From NCBI GenBank assembly GCA_029775855.1, contig JARVJZ010000004.1:4901-68900 (forward strand): DNA of 64,000 bases, in the 5' to 3' direction. This document shows, in pieces, positions 8,896 to 18,064 of this stretch. The translations under genes and the position numbers were made by a program. Under the pieces are notes generated by a model. The model did not search any database. It saw nothing but the letters and a program-made list of their open reading frames with translations, and had not been told where the DNA came from. Numbering within the stretch: the first letter of the stretch is position 1; every line of letters begins with the position of its first letter. This stretch comes from Nitrososphaeria archaeon (GTDB lineage: Archaea; Thermoproteota; Nitrososphaeria; Nitrososphaerales; JAAOZN01).

Positions 8896-9601
8896 TCTTT
8901 TTGTGGGCTAAGATGGTGATAGTGTAGAAATTGTAGTTGCTGAGCTTTTTCCAAAGCGCTTTACTCACAACTTTTGCTGAAAGACCGCTTAGATTTATTG
9001 CTTTAAAGTAAGAGTTTTGTGTGATAGCACCTGAGAGGCATCTTGACCATAAAGCTGAGTCCTTCTTATACTCTCTTGGTAAACGTTTGTCGGTAACTAT
9101 ATCAGAAATGACCACTACTCCGCTTCTTTTTAGGATTCTACTCAATTCGCTAAAGACTTTAGATTTAGATTTCGTTAAGTTAATTACACAATTAGAGATT
9201 GCTGCATCTATACAGGAATCTCTTATCGGTAAGTAGGCTATATCTCCCAGAATAAACTCAATCCCTTGCAATCCTCGTTTCTTGCATATTTCTTGTGCTT
9301 CAACCAACATTTTTTCTGTCATATCTACACCTATAACAAGGCTAGATGAGTCAAGTTTCTCTGCGACTTTAGCTAAGTCGTAGCCAGCACCGCACCCTAA
9401 ATCCAATATTCTAATATTTGATGTCGAAGTCATCCCTAGGTTTAGTGTTGGATCACCACAACCGAATGATAAGTTGCTAGTAGAGCTACAGCACGTCTTT
9501 TTTGAGACTAGCGATTCATAAGCAGTTCTTACTGCTAACCTTATGTCTGAACTGTCTGATTGTTTACAGCATCGAGTCAAAGTCAAGATTCTTCTCACCA
9601 T
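8843..9601 (-). CDS. arsM: Arsenite S-adenosylmethionine methyltransferase-like (ArsM family)
   Basis: SAM motif ILDLGCGAGYD. ArsM-type motifs are present: FGCGDPT, VIGVDMTEKML, AISNCVINL, VVVISDIV and W.RCLSGA. N-terminal Cys pairs (CC, CC). Confidence 0.75.
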   Translation of the reverse strand: MVRRILTLTRCCKQSDSSDIRLAVRTAYESLVSKKTCCSSTSNLSFGCGDPTLNLGMTSTSNIRILDLGCGAGYDLAKVAEKLDSSSLVIGVDMTEKMLVEAQEICKKRGLQGIEFILGDIAYLPIRDSCIDAAISNCVINLTKSKSKVFSELSRILKRSGVVVISDIVTDKRLPREYKKDSALWSRCLSGAITQNSYFKAINLSGLSAKVVSKALWKKLSNYNFYTITILAHKKTRFQEGNAFCSSSSYSS

Positions 9602-10316
9602 ATTTAGCCCTAGACTTCATATATGAGTCAATTATCAACCTATACTTACTCATATCTGGGGTATAGCACGGGTATCTAAATCCAACTTGCATAGATGTTG
9701 AAACAGCGGTTTTAAATACAGATGCTATCACCTGTGTCACCTCAGAGCTTGTAGCACCATTTTTTAAAGCCCGCTCGCTAAAGACTTGGATGCCGTGTTT
9801 CCAGCCTTTAACAGCACTTACGGCTAAGCAGAGTAAGTTTTGCAGCCGTTCTTCCAGCGATGTTTTCTGAAATATGATTTTGATTGTTGTTAAAAAATCT
9901 TGGAACCATTTCGGATCGAAATCGAGGAAAGCGAGCATTTTTGCCGGCAAATTAATCTGGTTCGTGTATCCAAAAGACTTCGCATGATCTTGATATTCGA
10001 AGTTAAGTTGCTGAAGTGTATAATCCAAATCAGCTAAGCCAATGATCAAAGAAGATATTCTGATAGCATCATTTATCTCCGCTTCATTAGCTCCTGCACT
10101 AAGAGCTTGATCTACGTGGATCAAGACCCCTGGTTCCCAGAGGTATGCTACTGCTTTACCTAGCCCGATTAGATGCTTTTCCTTAGCTGTAAGTGTGCAA
10201 GAGTGAGGCCAATTTAGAACAGACATTATGTAGGCGTTTACCCATTCGGAGTCATCTATCAAACCTTTAGCCCAAAGATAAGGGGGCACAGGCATCCCAA
10301 TTTTTCTGCTACGCAA
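9564..10316 (-). CDS. AhpD-like / carboxymuconolactone decarboxylase-family protein (two tandem domains, no CxxC)
   Basis: Two segments have the CMD-domain pattern: KHLIGLGKAVAYLWEPGVLIHVDQALSAGANEAEINDAI and LLCLAVSAVKGWKHGIQVFSERALKNGATSSEVTQVI. The usual catalytic Cys positions are not Cys. Confidence 0.55.
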   Translation of the reverse strand: MRSRKIGMPVPPYLWAKGLIDDSEWVNAYIMSVLNWPHSCTLTAKEKHLIGLGKAVAYLWEPGVLIHVDQALSAGANEAEINDAIRISSLIIGLADLDYTLQQLNFEYQDHAKSFGYTNQINLPAKMLAFLDFDPKWFQDFLTTIKIIFQKTSLEERLQNLLCLAVSAVKGWKHGIQVFSERALKNGATSSEVTQVIASVFKTAVSTSMQVGFRYPCYTPDMSKYRLIIDSYMKSRAKYGEKNLDFDSML

Positions 10317-10337
10317 TGGACTCTACATCATTATCCT

Positions 10338-11744
10338 CTACTGTTTTTTATTTAATGTTTTCCAGAACTTGTCTTCTAACCAAGTATTCTTGAAACCTAG
10401 GGTTGTAAGTAAAACCGTCAGAGCCCATAGAATAAGAGTCCTAATGAAGCCTTTTTTCTCAAAGCGTCTAGCTGACACAATAACAGGCGCTTTCACTGTA
10501 ATAAGCCTACCGACCTTCTTAAGTTTTTGTGAAAGTGCTACTCCTTCTTCCATACAATTTTCGTCGAACCCTCCTAGTTGATAAAATAGATGTCTCCTAA
10601 CACAAAAGGCCGCACCAACTCCATGGAGATTAAATATCTTGCTTATCATAAGTCTAACGCTTTTAACAAAATTGTATCGTGTTCTAGGTGGATCATAAAA
10701 TACATCTAGGCTTCCGGCAACTACTGCCTTATCCTGAAAGGACTTAATGACCTCTTCTACTGCTCTCTTTTGTAGCACCATGTCTGCGTGGAGGAATAGG
10801 AGTATTTTACCTCTCGCACCAAAGGCACCTATGTTTTCTTGCATCTTTCTTGAGGCTTTCCCTAAAACAACAACTTTGTCCACAAGATTGGCGGCGGCTT
10901 GTAGCGTATTATCTTCGCTCCCTCCGTCAACTAATATCACCTCAACCTCGTGGTTATCCTTATCTATAGACTTCAAAGCACTTCTAACCCAAAATTCTTC
11001 GTTTAAAGTCGGTATAATTATAGAAAGAGCGTACTTATTGGTAGAAGGAGGCGTTGGGTAAGACATTAGAAAGCGCTCGGTAGCAGTGTTAAGTTTCTTT
11101 CTTCTAAGAGAAACACGTAACAGATCGTCCACATCATCAATATCCATTTTTACATCCAAAATCTTAAACGGTAAAGCGTGAGTGCGCGCATATTCAATCA
11201 AATTGAAACAAACTCGATAAGAATCGTCTAAATTGCTTATACAATTTAGGTCTGTATACCTATTCAGTCCGATCAAATATGCTCCACCATCATGAGTTGG
11301 GCCGATTACGAGCTGCGGTCTTCTGAGATTGGAAGCTGAGACTAAACAATCAAGTGCCATACTTAATGTGGATGCATCTAAATCATCGTGATCTCCAGGT
11401 ATGAGGATAACGGAATCATATCCTTGGTCTATAACCTGTTGGAATGCGTTGCGCACCCGCTCAGTGATATCTGAGCCTACTTGCTCCATAAAAGTTGAAT
11501 AAAAAGACAGGGAACCCAAGGCTTCTTTAAGATTTTTCTGTTTCTCCTTAGGAGTATAGCATATATAGGTAGAGCTGCCCCTTTTTCTGATCACAGCTTG
11601 TATAACAGATGCAGTATCTCTTAGTAGGTGATTATAGAGTTGGTAAGCGTCAATTGCCGTGAATATACCCCAATACTTGGAGATTCTGGTTTTCACTGCA
11701 CCCACTTCGGGAACTTTGGTGAAGAGTATGATAGCTTCTTTCAC
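10338..11744 (-). CDS. Fusion protein: DUF2064/TIGR04282-like transferase (N-terminal) plus TIGR04283-like family-2 glycosyltransferase (C-terminal)
   Basis: The N-terminal part has ILFTKVPEVGAVKTRI, VILIPGDHDDL and VIGPTHDGGAYLIGL, which are DUF2064 hallmarks. The C-terminal part has LSIIIPTLNEE, ILVDGGSEDNT, LFLHADMVL and RRFEKKGFIRTL, a GT2 pattern of the TIGR04283 type. Confidence 0.75.
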   Translation of the reverse strand: MKEAIILFTKVPEVGAVKTRISKYWGIFTAIDAYQLYNHLLRDTASVIQAVIRKRGSSTYICYTPKEKQKNLKEALGSLSFYSTFMEQVGSDITERVRNAFQQVIDQGYDSVILIPGDHDDLDASTLSMALDCLVSASNLRRPQLVIGPTHDGGAYLIGLNRYTDLNCISNLDDSYRVCFNLIEYARTHALPFKILDVKMDIDDVDDLLRVSLRRKKLNTATERFLMSYPTPPSTNKYALSIIIPTLNEEFWVRSALKSIDKDNHEVEVILVDGGSEDNTLQAAANLVDKVVVLGKASRKMQENIGAFGARGKILLFLHADMVLQKRAVEEVIKSFQDKAVVAGSLDVFYDPPRTRYNFVKSVRLMISKIFNLHGVGAAFCVRRHLFYQLGGFDENCMEEGVALSQKLKKVGRLITVKAPVIVSARRFEKKGFIRTLILWALTVLLTTLGFKNTWLEDKFWKTLNKKQ

Positions 11745-11800
11745 TCTGGCACCATTCAGTTTGCTGACTAAGAATTTATTTAAGTGTTAATTTCGGCGAT

Positions 11801-13120
11801 ATGTTATTGAATATTCAGAAGTATTCGCAAGAGCTGCTAATTCTTAACTGGGGCGTTGTTATCGAGATAGCGCTACTTTTATTTAGATTTTTTACCAGAA
11901 TGGATAGGACTAACCCTTTAACTACGATTTTATTTTATGTGCCGTTTGTACTGTTTTGTTTGGCCTACATTCATCTTACTAAAATGAAAATAATGAGATT
12001 TAAGCTATCATCAGCACTGATACTATTTTTTAGTTTTCTTTTTTCTATTACACACATACTTGATGCGCCGAATTTATCTGATGACCTCTACCGCTACTAC
12101 TGGGATGGTAAAGTCTCCTTTAGTGGTATTAACCCGTATAGTTTTGCTCCTGATTCACCTAATCTCTCCCATTTACGTGATGATTATTGGCTGTTCATAA
12201 ACAATAAGGATTTAACAACACCCTATCCACCTTTCATTATAGCGCTCTGTGCTTTACTCTATTTGCTCTCACCTAGCATCTACAGCTTTAAGGTTCTATC
12301 CGTAGTCAGCTACTTTCTGTCTTCCGTGATTCTTATCTTAATGTTAAGAAGATATAGTCGGAGTCCGTACTACTCCCTTATTTATACATGGAATCCGCTT
12401 ATGGCGATAGAATTTGGGCATAGTGGTCATAATGATTCTGTCGCTGTATTCTTTATGCTTCTTAGCACATTCTTTCTCTCCGCTAAACAGTACAAATATT
12501 CAGCGCTGACGCTTGGAGTTGCTACTTTATCGAAGATCTTCCCAGCTTTATTAACACCATTCTATATAATAAAGTGGAGGCTAAAAGGTATGATCGTCTA
12601 TATATCAGTAGTTATTCTGCCCTATATTCCACTAAGTCTAATAGGCTCCGTACAAACAAGTCTTGTTACTTACTTTGAGAGAATCGCATTTAACGCTGGC
12701 TTCTACTACCTTCTAGAAGCAATAATTTCTTATTTTATTAAAGAAAATGCGGCGCTCTACGCGCGTATCACCATCACTATATTATTTAGTGTATGTCTGG
12801 TCTATATGACCTATAAGTTCAGAGAAAAAGACTTTCTATTTAACGCGTATCTAATAATAGCTGTTTATCTACTTCTCACACCTACCGTGCACCCTTGGTA
12901 TCTTTCTTGGATTCTTCCTTTTGCTGCATTATATGCACCAGAACCTTGGTTGTATTTCTCAGGTGCTATCTTCTTATCCTATTATACATATTCTCTACCA
13001 GAGATATCACCTGGTTTCTGGCCGGAGCAAGTTTGGGTAAGAGCGGTTGAATACATACCGTTTATGCTCTTACTTTTACTTTCATTAAGAAAAGAATTAT
13101 CTGGAGCTAATCGCGGTTAA
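11801..13120 (+). CDS. GT-C-type integral membrane glycosyltransferase (DUF2029/GPI-mannosyltransferase-like)
   Basis: About 11 hydrophobic helices. The first loop carries the Asp-rich motif LSDDLYRYYWDGKVSFSGINPY, typical of GT-C mannosyltransferase-like proteins. Confidence 0.5.
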   Translation: MLLNIQKYSQELLILNWGVVIEIALLLFRFFTRMDRTNPLTTILFYVPFVLFCLAYIHLTKMKIMRFKLSSALILFFSFLFSITHILDAPNLSDDLYRYYWDGKVSFSGINPYSFAPDSPNLSHLRDDYWLFINNKDLTTPYPPFIIALCALLYLLSPSIYSFKVLSVVSYFLSSVILILMLRRYSRSPYYSLIYTWNPLMAIEFGHSGHNDSVAVFFMLLSTFFLSAKQYKYSALTLGVATLSKIFPALLTPFYIIKWRLKGMIVYISVVILPYIPLSLIGSVQTSLVTYFERIAFNAGFYYLLEAIISYFIKENAALYARITITILFSVCLVYMTYKFREKDFLFNAYLIIAVYLLLTPTVHPWYLSWILPFAALYAPEPWLYFSGAIFLSYYTYSLPEISPGFWPEQVWVRAVEYIPFMLLLLLSLRKELSGANRG

Positions 13121-13125
13121 GAATC

Positions 13126-14670
13126 TCATTTTTCCTTTCCGCTTTGGATAAATGTAAATATGTTGACAAATGTATATGCAGTGGTATACCAAGCAAGTAT
13201 AGGTATGATTCCAAAGTTTTCTGTTATGAAAGCTATGTAAGAGCTTGTTATGCCAAGAGCTATATAAGCCCATTCTATTAGAACCCTTTTATCAACGGGC
13301 ACATGGTATTTCTTATCTCTCCATTTATCTCCTTTTGACTTCACCGAGTATTTGGGTGTCCTTTTAAACTCCCACCTTCGTTTTAATATTAGACCTTTTA
13401 AAACCTCAATGGTGTTGCTTATACTGATACCGTATCCTATTAAGCCCAAAAGAAGTAGGTTAGGTATATTCCTCAATAAACTCAGTTTTTGTGCGCGCAA
13501 GGCTTCTACATAATAAACCCAAGTAGCGGCTGTACAAAGAATTATGGTAGATGCTAGTAGCATTATGGCTATCTGCTGGATATTTATGGAGCTCACGGTA
13601 GATACAAACTGCTCTGGGCTAGACAGCCCTATTTCACTTATTTGTCTAATAGTTGGTAGAGATATGCTTGTGACACCAGATATACTCGCTATTGATGCGA
13701 GTAAAAAGGCTAGAAACATAAGGAAATGGACGGTATAGTAGGTTAAATGTATGAATCCTTGTATCTTCTGCTTCAGATCTAACATTGGGTTGGATAAGAG
13801 TTTCGGCAAGAGTTTCCGAGCTGTCTGTATGGAGCCGCACGCCCATCTTGCCTGCTGTCTCTTAAAGCTGGTTAAGGTAGGAGTAACTTCACCGTCGACA
13901 CTAAAATCTCTCAAATATAACACCTTATATCCCTTAAGTTGTATCCTATAGCTAGCATCAAGATCCTCTGCTAATGTGTCGCTGTGCCATCCCCCTGCTT
14001 CCAAAAGAGCAGATCGCCTGATTACCCCTGCACTGCCATTAAAATTTAGCAAGCATCCCGAGGCATATCTTCCGGGTTGCTCTATGTAGAAGTGAGCATC
14101 CATTCCGATGGAAACAGATTTGGTAATTGGATTGTAATGCCTGTTTATATGCCCCCATCTACACTGTACAAGACCTATCTTTTCATTTTGGACCATGTAT
14201 GATATAGTTCTGTTGAGAAAATCTTTTGGAGGTGTGAAATCTGCATCGAATATTGCAATAAACTCTTCATCTGTTTTGGAGAGAGCTTCTTGTAGTGCCC
14301 CTGCTTTATACCCTGTTCTATCCTTTCTTCTCAATACTTCGATATTGAAACCATCTCTGGCATATCTTGCTATAAGTGAGTCAACGATCTCTTTGGTCTC
14401 ATCATCAGAGTCGTCAAGAACCATGATTCTAACCAATTGTTTACCATATTGTTCAGCCATAGCGGTGCAGCAGGTAAGGAGCCTACATATCACATACCTC
14501 TCATTATAAATTGGCAGATGTATTGCCACGCGCGGCCTTGAAGATAAACCACTATTGAACGGCATTGAATATTTTCTTGATGCCTTAAGCAGATAGAAGC
14601 AGTTATAACCATAAAAGAAGAATGAGAATGTTACCATTAGAGATGCAATTAACAAGATTCTATCGAACAT
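13126..14670 (-). CDS. Processive family-2 glycosyltransferase (cellulose/chitin-synthase-like, membrane-embedded)
   Basis: D,D,D,QxxRW signature: VLDDSDD, IFDADF, QCRWGH, AEDLD and KRQQARWACGS. There is an N-terminal TM helix and several C-terminal TM helices. Confidence 0.8.
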   Translation of the reverse strand: MFDRILLIASLMVTFSFFFYGYNCFYLLKASRKYSMPFNSGLSSRPRVAIHLPIYNERYVICRLLTCCTAMAEQYGKQLVRIMVLDDSDDETKEIVDSLIARYARDGFNIEVLRRKDRTGYKAGALQEALSKTDEEFIAIFDADFTPPKDFLNRTISYMVQNEKIGLVQCRWGHINRHYNPITKSVSIGMDAHFYIEQPGRYASGCLLNFNGSAGVIRRSALLEAGGWHSDTLAEDLDASYRIQLKGYKVLYLRDFSVDGEVTPTLTSFKRQQARWACGSIQTARKLLPKLLSNPMLDLKQKIQGFIHLTYYTVHFLMFLAFLLASIASISGVTSISLPTIRQISEIGLSSPEQFVSTVSSINIQQIAIMLLASTIILCTAATWVYYVEALRAQKLSLLRNIPNLLLLGLIGYGISISNTIEVLKGLILKRRWEFKRTPKYSVKSKGDKWRDKKYHVPVDKRVLIEWAYIALGITSSYIAFITENFGIIPILAWYTTAYTFVNIFTFIQSGKEK

Positions 14671-14689
14671 CTAGAATACCTCACAAATA

Positions 14690-16090
14690 TTACCATCTTC
14701 TTGATTGAATTAATTGATAAAACATCATAATCAACCCGGTTAAAAACCCAATCAGCATCAGGAAAATACCAAGCTGGATATACGGCATAGCAAAACTACT
14801 ATGCGGCTCAGGATCCAAGAATATATAGAATACGGTGGCTCCAGTCAAAAGAATATAACCAGCAGTCATGAGTGAACCAACGATCTTAATAGAGTGGCCA
14901 ATATTGTTTATTCTTAATAAGGCTAGTAGAAAGAGAGCAACAGCGGTTAGAGTAGCTAAAGCATGCTCATGTCCCAAGATGAACGGAATCTCATTTTTTA
15001 AACCTACAAATTTGTCCAGATGTAAAGCTACATATATGCCAGGTAATGTAACCGCGATGTTTACCCAAAAGAATGTGAAGAGGAGACCAAAAGAAGCGGG
15101 ATCTTTGAATAGATTCTTTATTGGGTGAGCGTGGCTGTTTTCTAACGCTATATCCGCCATAACAGCGTACATAATGAATAGTGAACCTTGTAGTATTATA
15201 GCGCCGCTTGGTGTTATAACGTTATGTGCAGCGACACCTAAGGGAATAGTGGCGTACGTTGATATAGAGACTGCGGGGATGCTTAAAGCTACCATATAAA
15301 GGCCTATATCACCAAATAACCCTCTTGTGCCTTTAAAAGATTGAATATTGAAATGCTTAGAAGCCAAAAATACTACTGCGGCGGCTACAACAGTTACGAT
15401 AGCGTGCCTATGTGCTGCAACTATAATCCTGAATCTTTCGAGTTCTTCCAAGGCTCCCCATTGACTACTCCCAGTACTTGCGTAAAATCCTATTAGTGAA
15501 GTAGATAATACGAAAAAGATGGCGAGCCAGATTCCTATCTTTATGGCCCTCTCCTTTTTCATCGCGTAGATACTTTCTGCTCTAACATTATATCTACTGA
15601 TTGCTAATAGAAGTGATGCTCCTGCTAAGAAAGATAGTGAAAGACCAAAATAAAGTACAGCGTGTGCGATAGGGTTCCATCTTAACATTATGATAGTCCA
15701 GGCGCCCGCCGACGCAGACACGTAACCAATCGTTGCGTTGATTATAGCGTAATCTGCAGCTCTTCCAGTTAAGTTTAGGATATCAATAGAGACATATACC
15801 AAAACGGCTACGAAAGATACAGCCAAAGCGTGATAGAATAGGCTCTCGTAGGTAATCAGCTGTATCAAAGGTATCCTAAGAAGAGCAGTTTGACTAAAAG
15901 GTGGTGAGAAAGAGATCAGTGCTAGAATCTGCGCGAAGATCCATGTTGATGTGATGAAGGTTAGTGCTGTTAGCAGCCCACGCATAGCCAGAATAAGTTT
16001 GTATTCATTAAAAAAGTTTGTTTTGATGAGGCTATTTTGAGCGTGGCTAGGTTGGTGGTTGGGAGAGTATCCTAAGCTGAGGTTGTCCAC
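14690..16090 (-). CDS. Polytopic (about 14 TM) His-rich membrane protein, unknown function
   Basis: 466 aa, hydrophobic throughout, with conserved-looking intramembrane His (FYHALAV, IAHAVLYF, AAHRHAIV, AAHNVI, GHEHALATL). It lies 20 nt upstream of the GT2 gene on the same strand, so it is probably co-transcribed. Confidence 0.5.
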   Translation of the reverse strand: MDNLSLGYSPNHQPSHAQNSLIKTNFFNEYKLILAMRGLLTALTFITSTWIFAQILALISFSPPFSQTALLRIPLIQLITYESLFYHALAVSFVAVLVYVSIDILNLTGRAADYAIINATIGYVSASAGAWTIIMLRWNPIAHAVLYFGLSLSFLAGASLLLAISRYNVRAESIYAMKKERAIKIGIWLAIFFVLSTSLIGFYASTGSSQWGALEELERFRIIVAAHRHAIVTVVAAAVVFLASKHFNIQSFKGTRGLFGDIGLYMVALSIPAVSISTYATIPLGVAAHNVITPSGAIILQGSLFIMYAVMADIALENSHAHPIKNLFKDPASFGLLFTFFWVNIAVTLPGIYVALHLDKFVGLKNEIPFILGHEHALATLTAVALFLLALLRINNIGHSIKIVGSLMTAGYILLTGATVFYIFLDPEPHSSFAMPYIQLGIFLMLIGFLTGLIMMFYQLIQSRRW

Positions 16091-16155
16091 ATCTTCTGTC
16101 TTATTCGTAAACTATATTTGTGTCTGTGTGCTGTTTTGGTTTGGTGCTGTTTTAG

Positions 16156-17286
16156 GTGGGTTTTGTACGTTCGCTTTTAGCTCTGTTTCTCGCTTTGCTT
16201 GTGAGTGGGGTCTCTACTTCAGCGGTTTTAATTCTTCCTCCTCCTACGCCTCAAGACCCTTTGGCGCCTAAGATTCTTTCTTCTAAGGGGCAGAGTTTAG
16301 ATCCTGTTTTCAGCCCAGACGGTAAGTTCATAGCCTACTCCTCAAATCTTTACGGAGACTTCGACATATGGCTTATGACTGTTGATGGTAGGAATCAAGT
16401 TAGGTTAACTTGCTTAGAAGGAGATGAGAAGAAACCCCAGTTCAGCCCAGATGGAATGAAAATTGCCTTTATACATTCATCTAACTTCGGTGAAGACATT
16501 TGGGTAGTGAATAGAGATGGCTCAAACCCCGTTAAGATAACAAACAATCATACACCAAAAAACAAGTTTGAATGGTCGCCCAATGGGTACCTTATAATCT
16601 ACGACACAATTGTAAACGATAAATGGCAGGTTTGGCTAACTTCTTTGAACAAAGGTATCAATATTTTTGTTGGGGATTCTGAAGAAAGATACGCGCCTTC
16701 TTGGAGCCGCAACGGTAAGTTTGCTATATGTGTAAATAAAGGCGTCAAAGGGTATAGTTTGGAGTTAATAGATGTTTCGACTAATTCGGTTGAAAAAATT
16801 TACACAACATCTGCAGTTATAAAGTATCCAAGTTTCTTTAGTGCTGATGAAAAGATTCTCTTTTTAAGAGGAAACGGTGATTGGAGCGTATATACTTTCA
16901 ACATAGGTAATTCACGCATCACAAATCTATTTGCAGACCCACTAAGGTATTATGCGGGCATACCTTGGACACCCATTTTAGAATCGGAAGTACCTTACGC
17001 TACGAGAACTAAGGCTTCAGAGCTTCTTTTCGTCGGCTACTCTAAACAAGGCGCTGAATTGTTCATATTGTATGATGATATAGAGATAGACTTTAAGGAA
17101 AGAGGTGTAGGTGTTATAAAAGGTTCAATAATTGAGAGATTATTTACAATAGGGCATACAAGAATAAATAGCCTAAGTTGGAGCCAAGATGGTCATAGCA
17201 TCTTACTGTCGTTTACCGAAGGAGGTTATAATATATTATCCTTACTAGTTCTAGAAAAAAAGAAAGTTTCACCTTATGAAAAATAA
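16156..17286 (+). CDS. Secreted TolB-like beta-propeller protein (PD40/WD40-like repeats), paralog 1
   Basis: N-terminal signal or anchor (LLALFLALLVSGVSTSA). Repeated PD40-type motifs: FSPDGKFIAYSS..DIWLM, FSPDGMKIAFI..DIWVV, WSPNGYLIIY and PSWSRNGKFAI. Confidence 0.7.
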   Translation: MGFVRSLLALFLALLVSGVSTSAVLILPPPTPQDPLAPKILSSKGQSLDPVFSPDGKFIAYSSNLYGDFDIWLMTVDGRNQVRLTCLEGDEKKPQFSPDGMKIAFIHSSNFGEDIWVVNRDGSNPVKITNNHTPKNKFEWSPNGYLIIYDTIVNDKWQVWLTSLNKGINIFVGDSEERYAPSWSRNGKFAICVNKGVKGYSLELIDVSTNSVEKIYTTSAVIKYPSFFSADEKILFLRGNGDWSVYTFNIGNSRITNLFADPLRYYAGIPWTPILESEVPYATRTKASELLFVGYSKQGAELFILYDDIEIDFKERGVGVIKGSIIERLFTIGHTRINSLSWSQDGHSILLSFTEGGYNILSLLVLEKKKVSPYEK

Positions 17287-17305
17287 AAAATAGTGGGAAT
17301 AGAGC

Positions 17306-18064
17306 TTACCCATTGTCGTCTCTAGTTAATTCCATAAGTTCCTCTATATTCTTAGGCTTCAGAATCAGCTTATCCTTTAATCTAATTCCCATTGGTATTT
17401 CCTTTATATCATTTAGCGATTTGAAGATTGGTGGGAGAGGCTCTCTCGACCCTAAAAGTAGTAAGGCTTTATCCTCATCGTACGGGATTATCTTCTTCTT
17501 TTCACCCTTTGGTTTGAATACAACTGATGGGTTAGTTAAGCTTGGGTTTGGTAAGTCCTTTAGTTGTTTGACAGAACCATACTTTTTGACTAGATTCTCC
17601 ATTGTATCAAAGTCTAGAGCTCTCATCGGGCAAGCTAAGACGCATACAGGCTTAAGACCTTCTTCAAGTCTATCGATGCACATTGTACATTTATTAGCCT
17701 TAACGTCATTAGCTAACCTATCGCTCTCGTATGTTATGGCTCCATATGGGCAAGCTCGTTGGCAAAGTCTGTAACCTTTGCATTTTTCTTGATCTATCAG
17801 AACCGCGCCGTATTTCTCTTCTTTATATATTGCACCGTTAGGACACGCATCTATACAGACGGGATTACTACAATGGAAGCAGGTTACCCAGCGTATATGA
17901 GTTTTGATATTGGGATAATATCCCTCCTCATATTCGTAGATTCGAAGATATTTTATTGGCCCCGGTTTCAAGTCATACCAATCCTTACAAGCAACTACAC
18001 ACGCCTTGCAGTTAATGCATCTATCTTCGTTAAAGTAGAAGCCATATTGGACCATATCGCTCAC
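17306..18064 (-). CDS. Four-cluster ferredoxin subunit (DmsB/NarH-like) of molybdoenzyme 1
   Basis: Four Cys groups: CINCKACVVAC, CFHCSNPVCIDACP, CKGYRLCQRACP (C-x2-Y-x2-C-x3-CP, a NarH-like 3-Cys group) and CTMCIDRLEEGLKPVCVLACP. It has a C-terminal extension of about 100 aa ending in ELTRDDNG. It overlaps the catalytic gene by 4 nt. Confidence 0.85.
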   Translation of the reverse strand: MSDMVQYGFYFNEDRCINCKACVVACKDWYDLKPGPIKYLRIYEYEEGYYPNIKTHIRWVTCFHCSNPVCIDACPNGAIYKEEKYGAVLIDQEKCKGYRLCQRACPYGAITYESDRLANDVKANKCTMCIDRLEEGLKPVCVLACPMRALDFDTMENLVKKYGSVKQLKDLPNPSLTNPSVVFKPKGEKKKIIPYDEDKALLLLGSREPLPPIFKSLNDIKEIPMGIRLKDKLILKPKNIEELMELTRDDNG

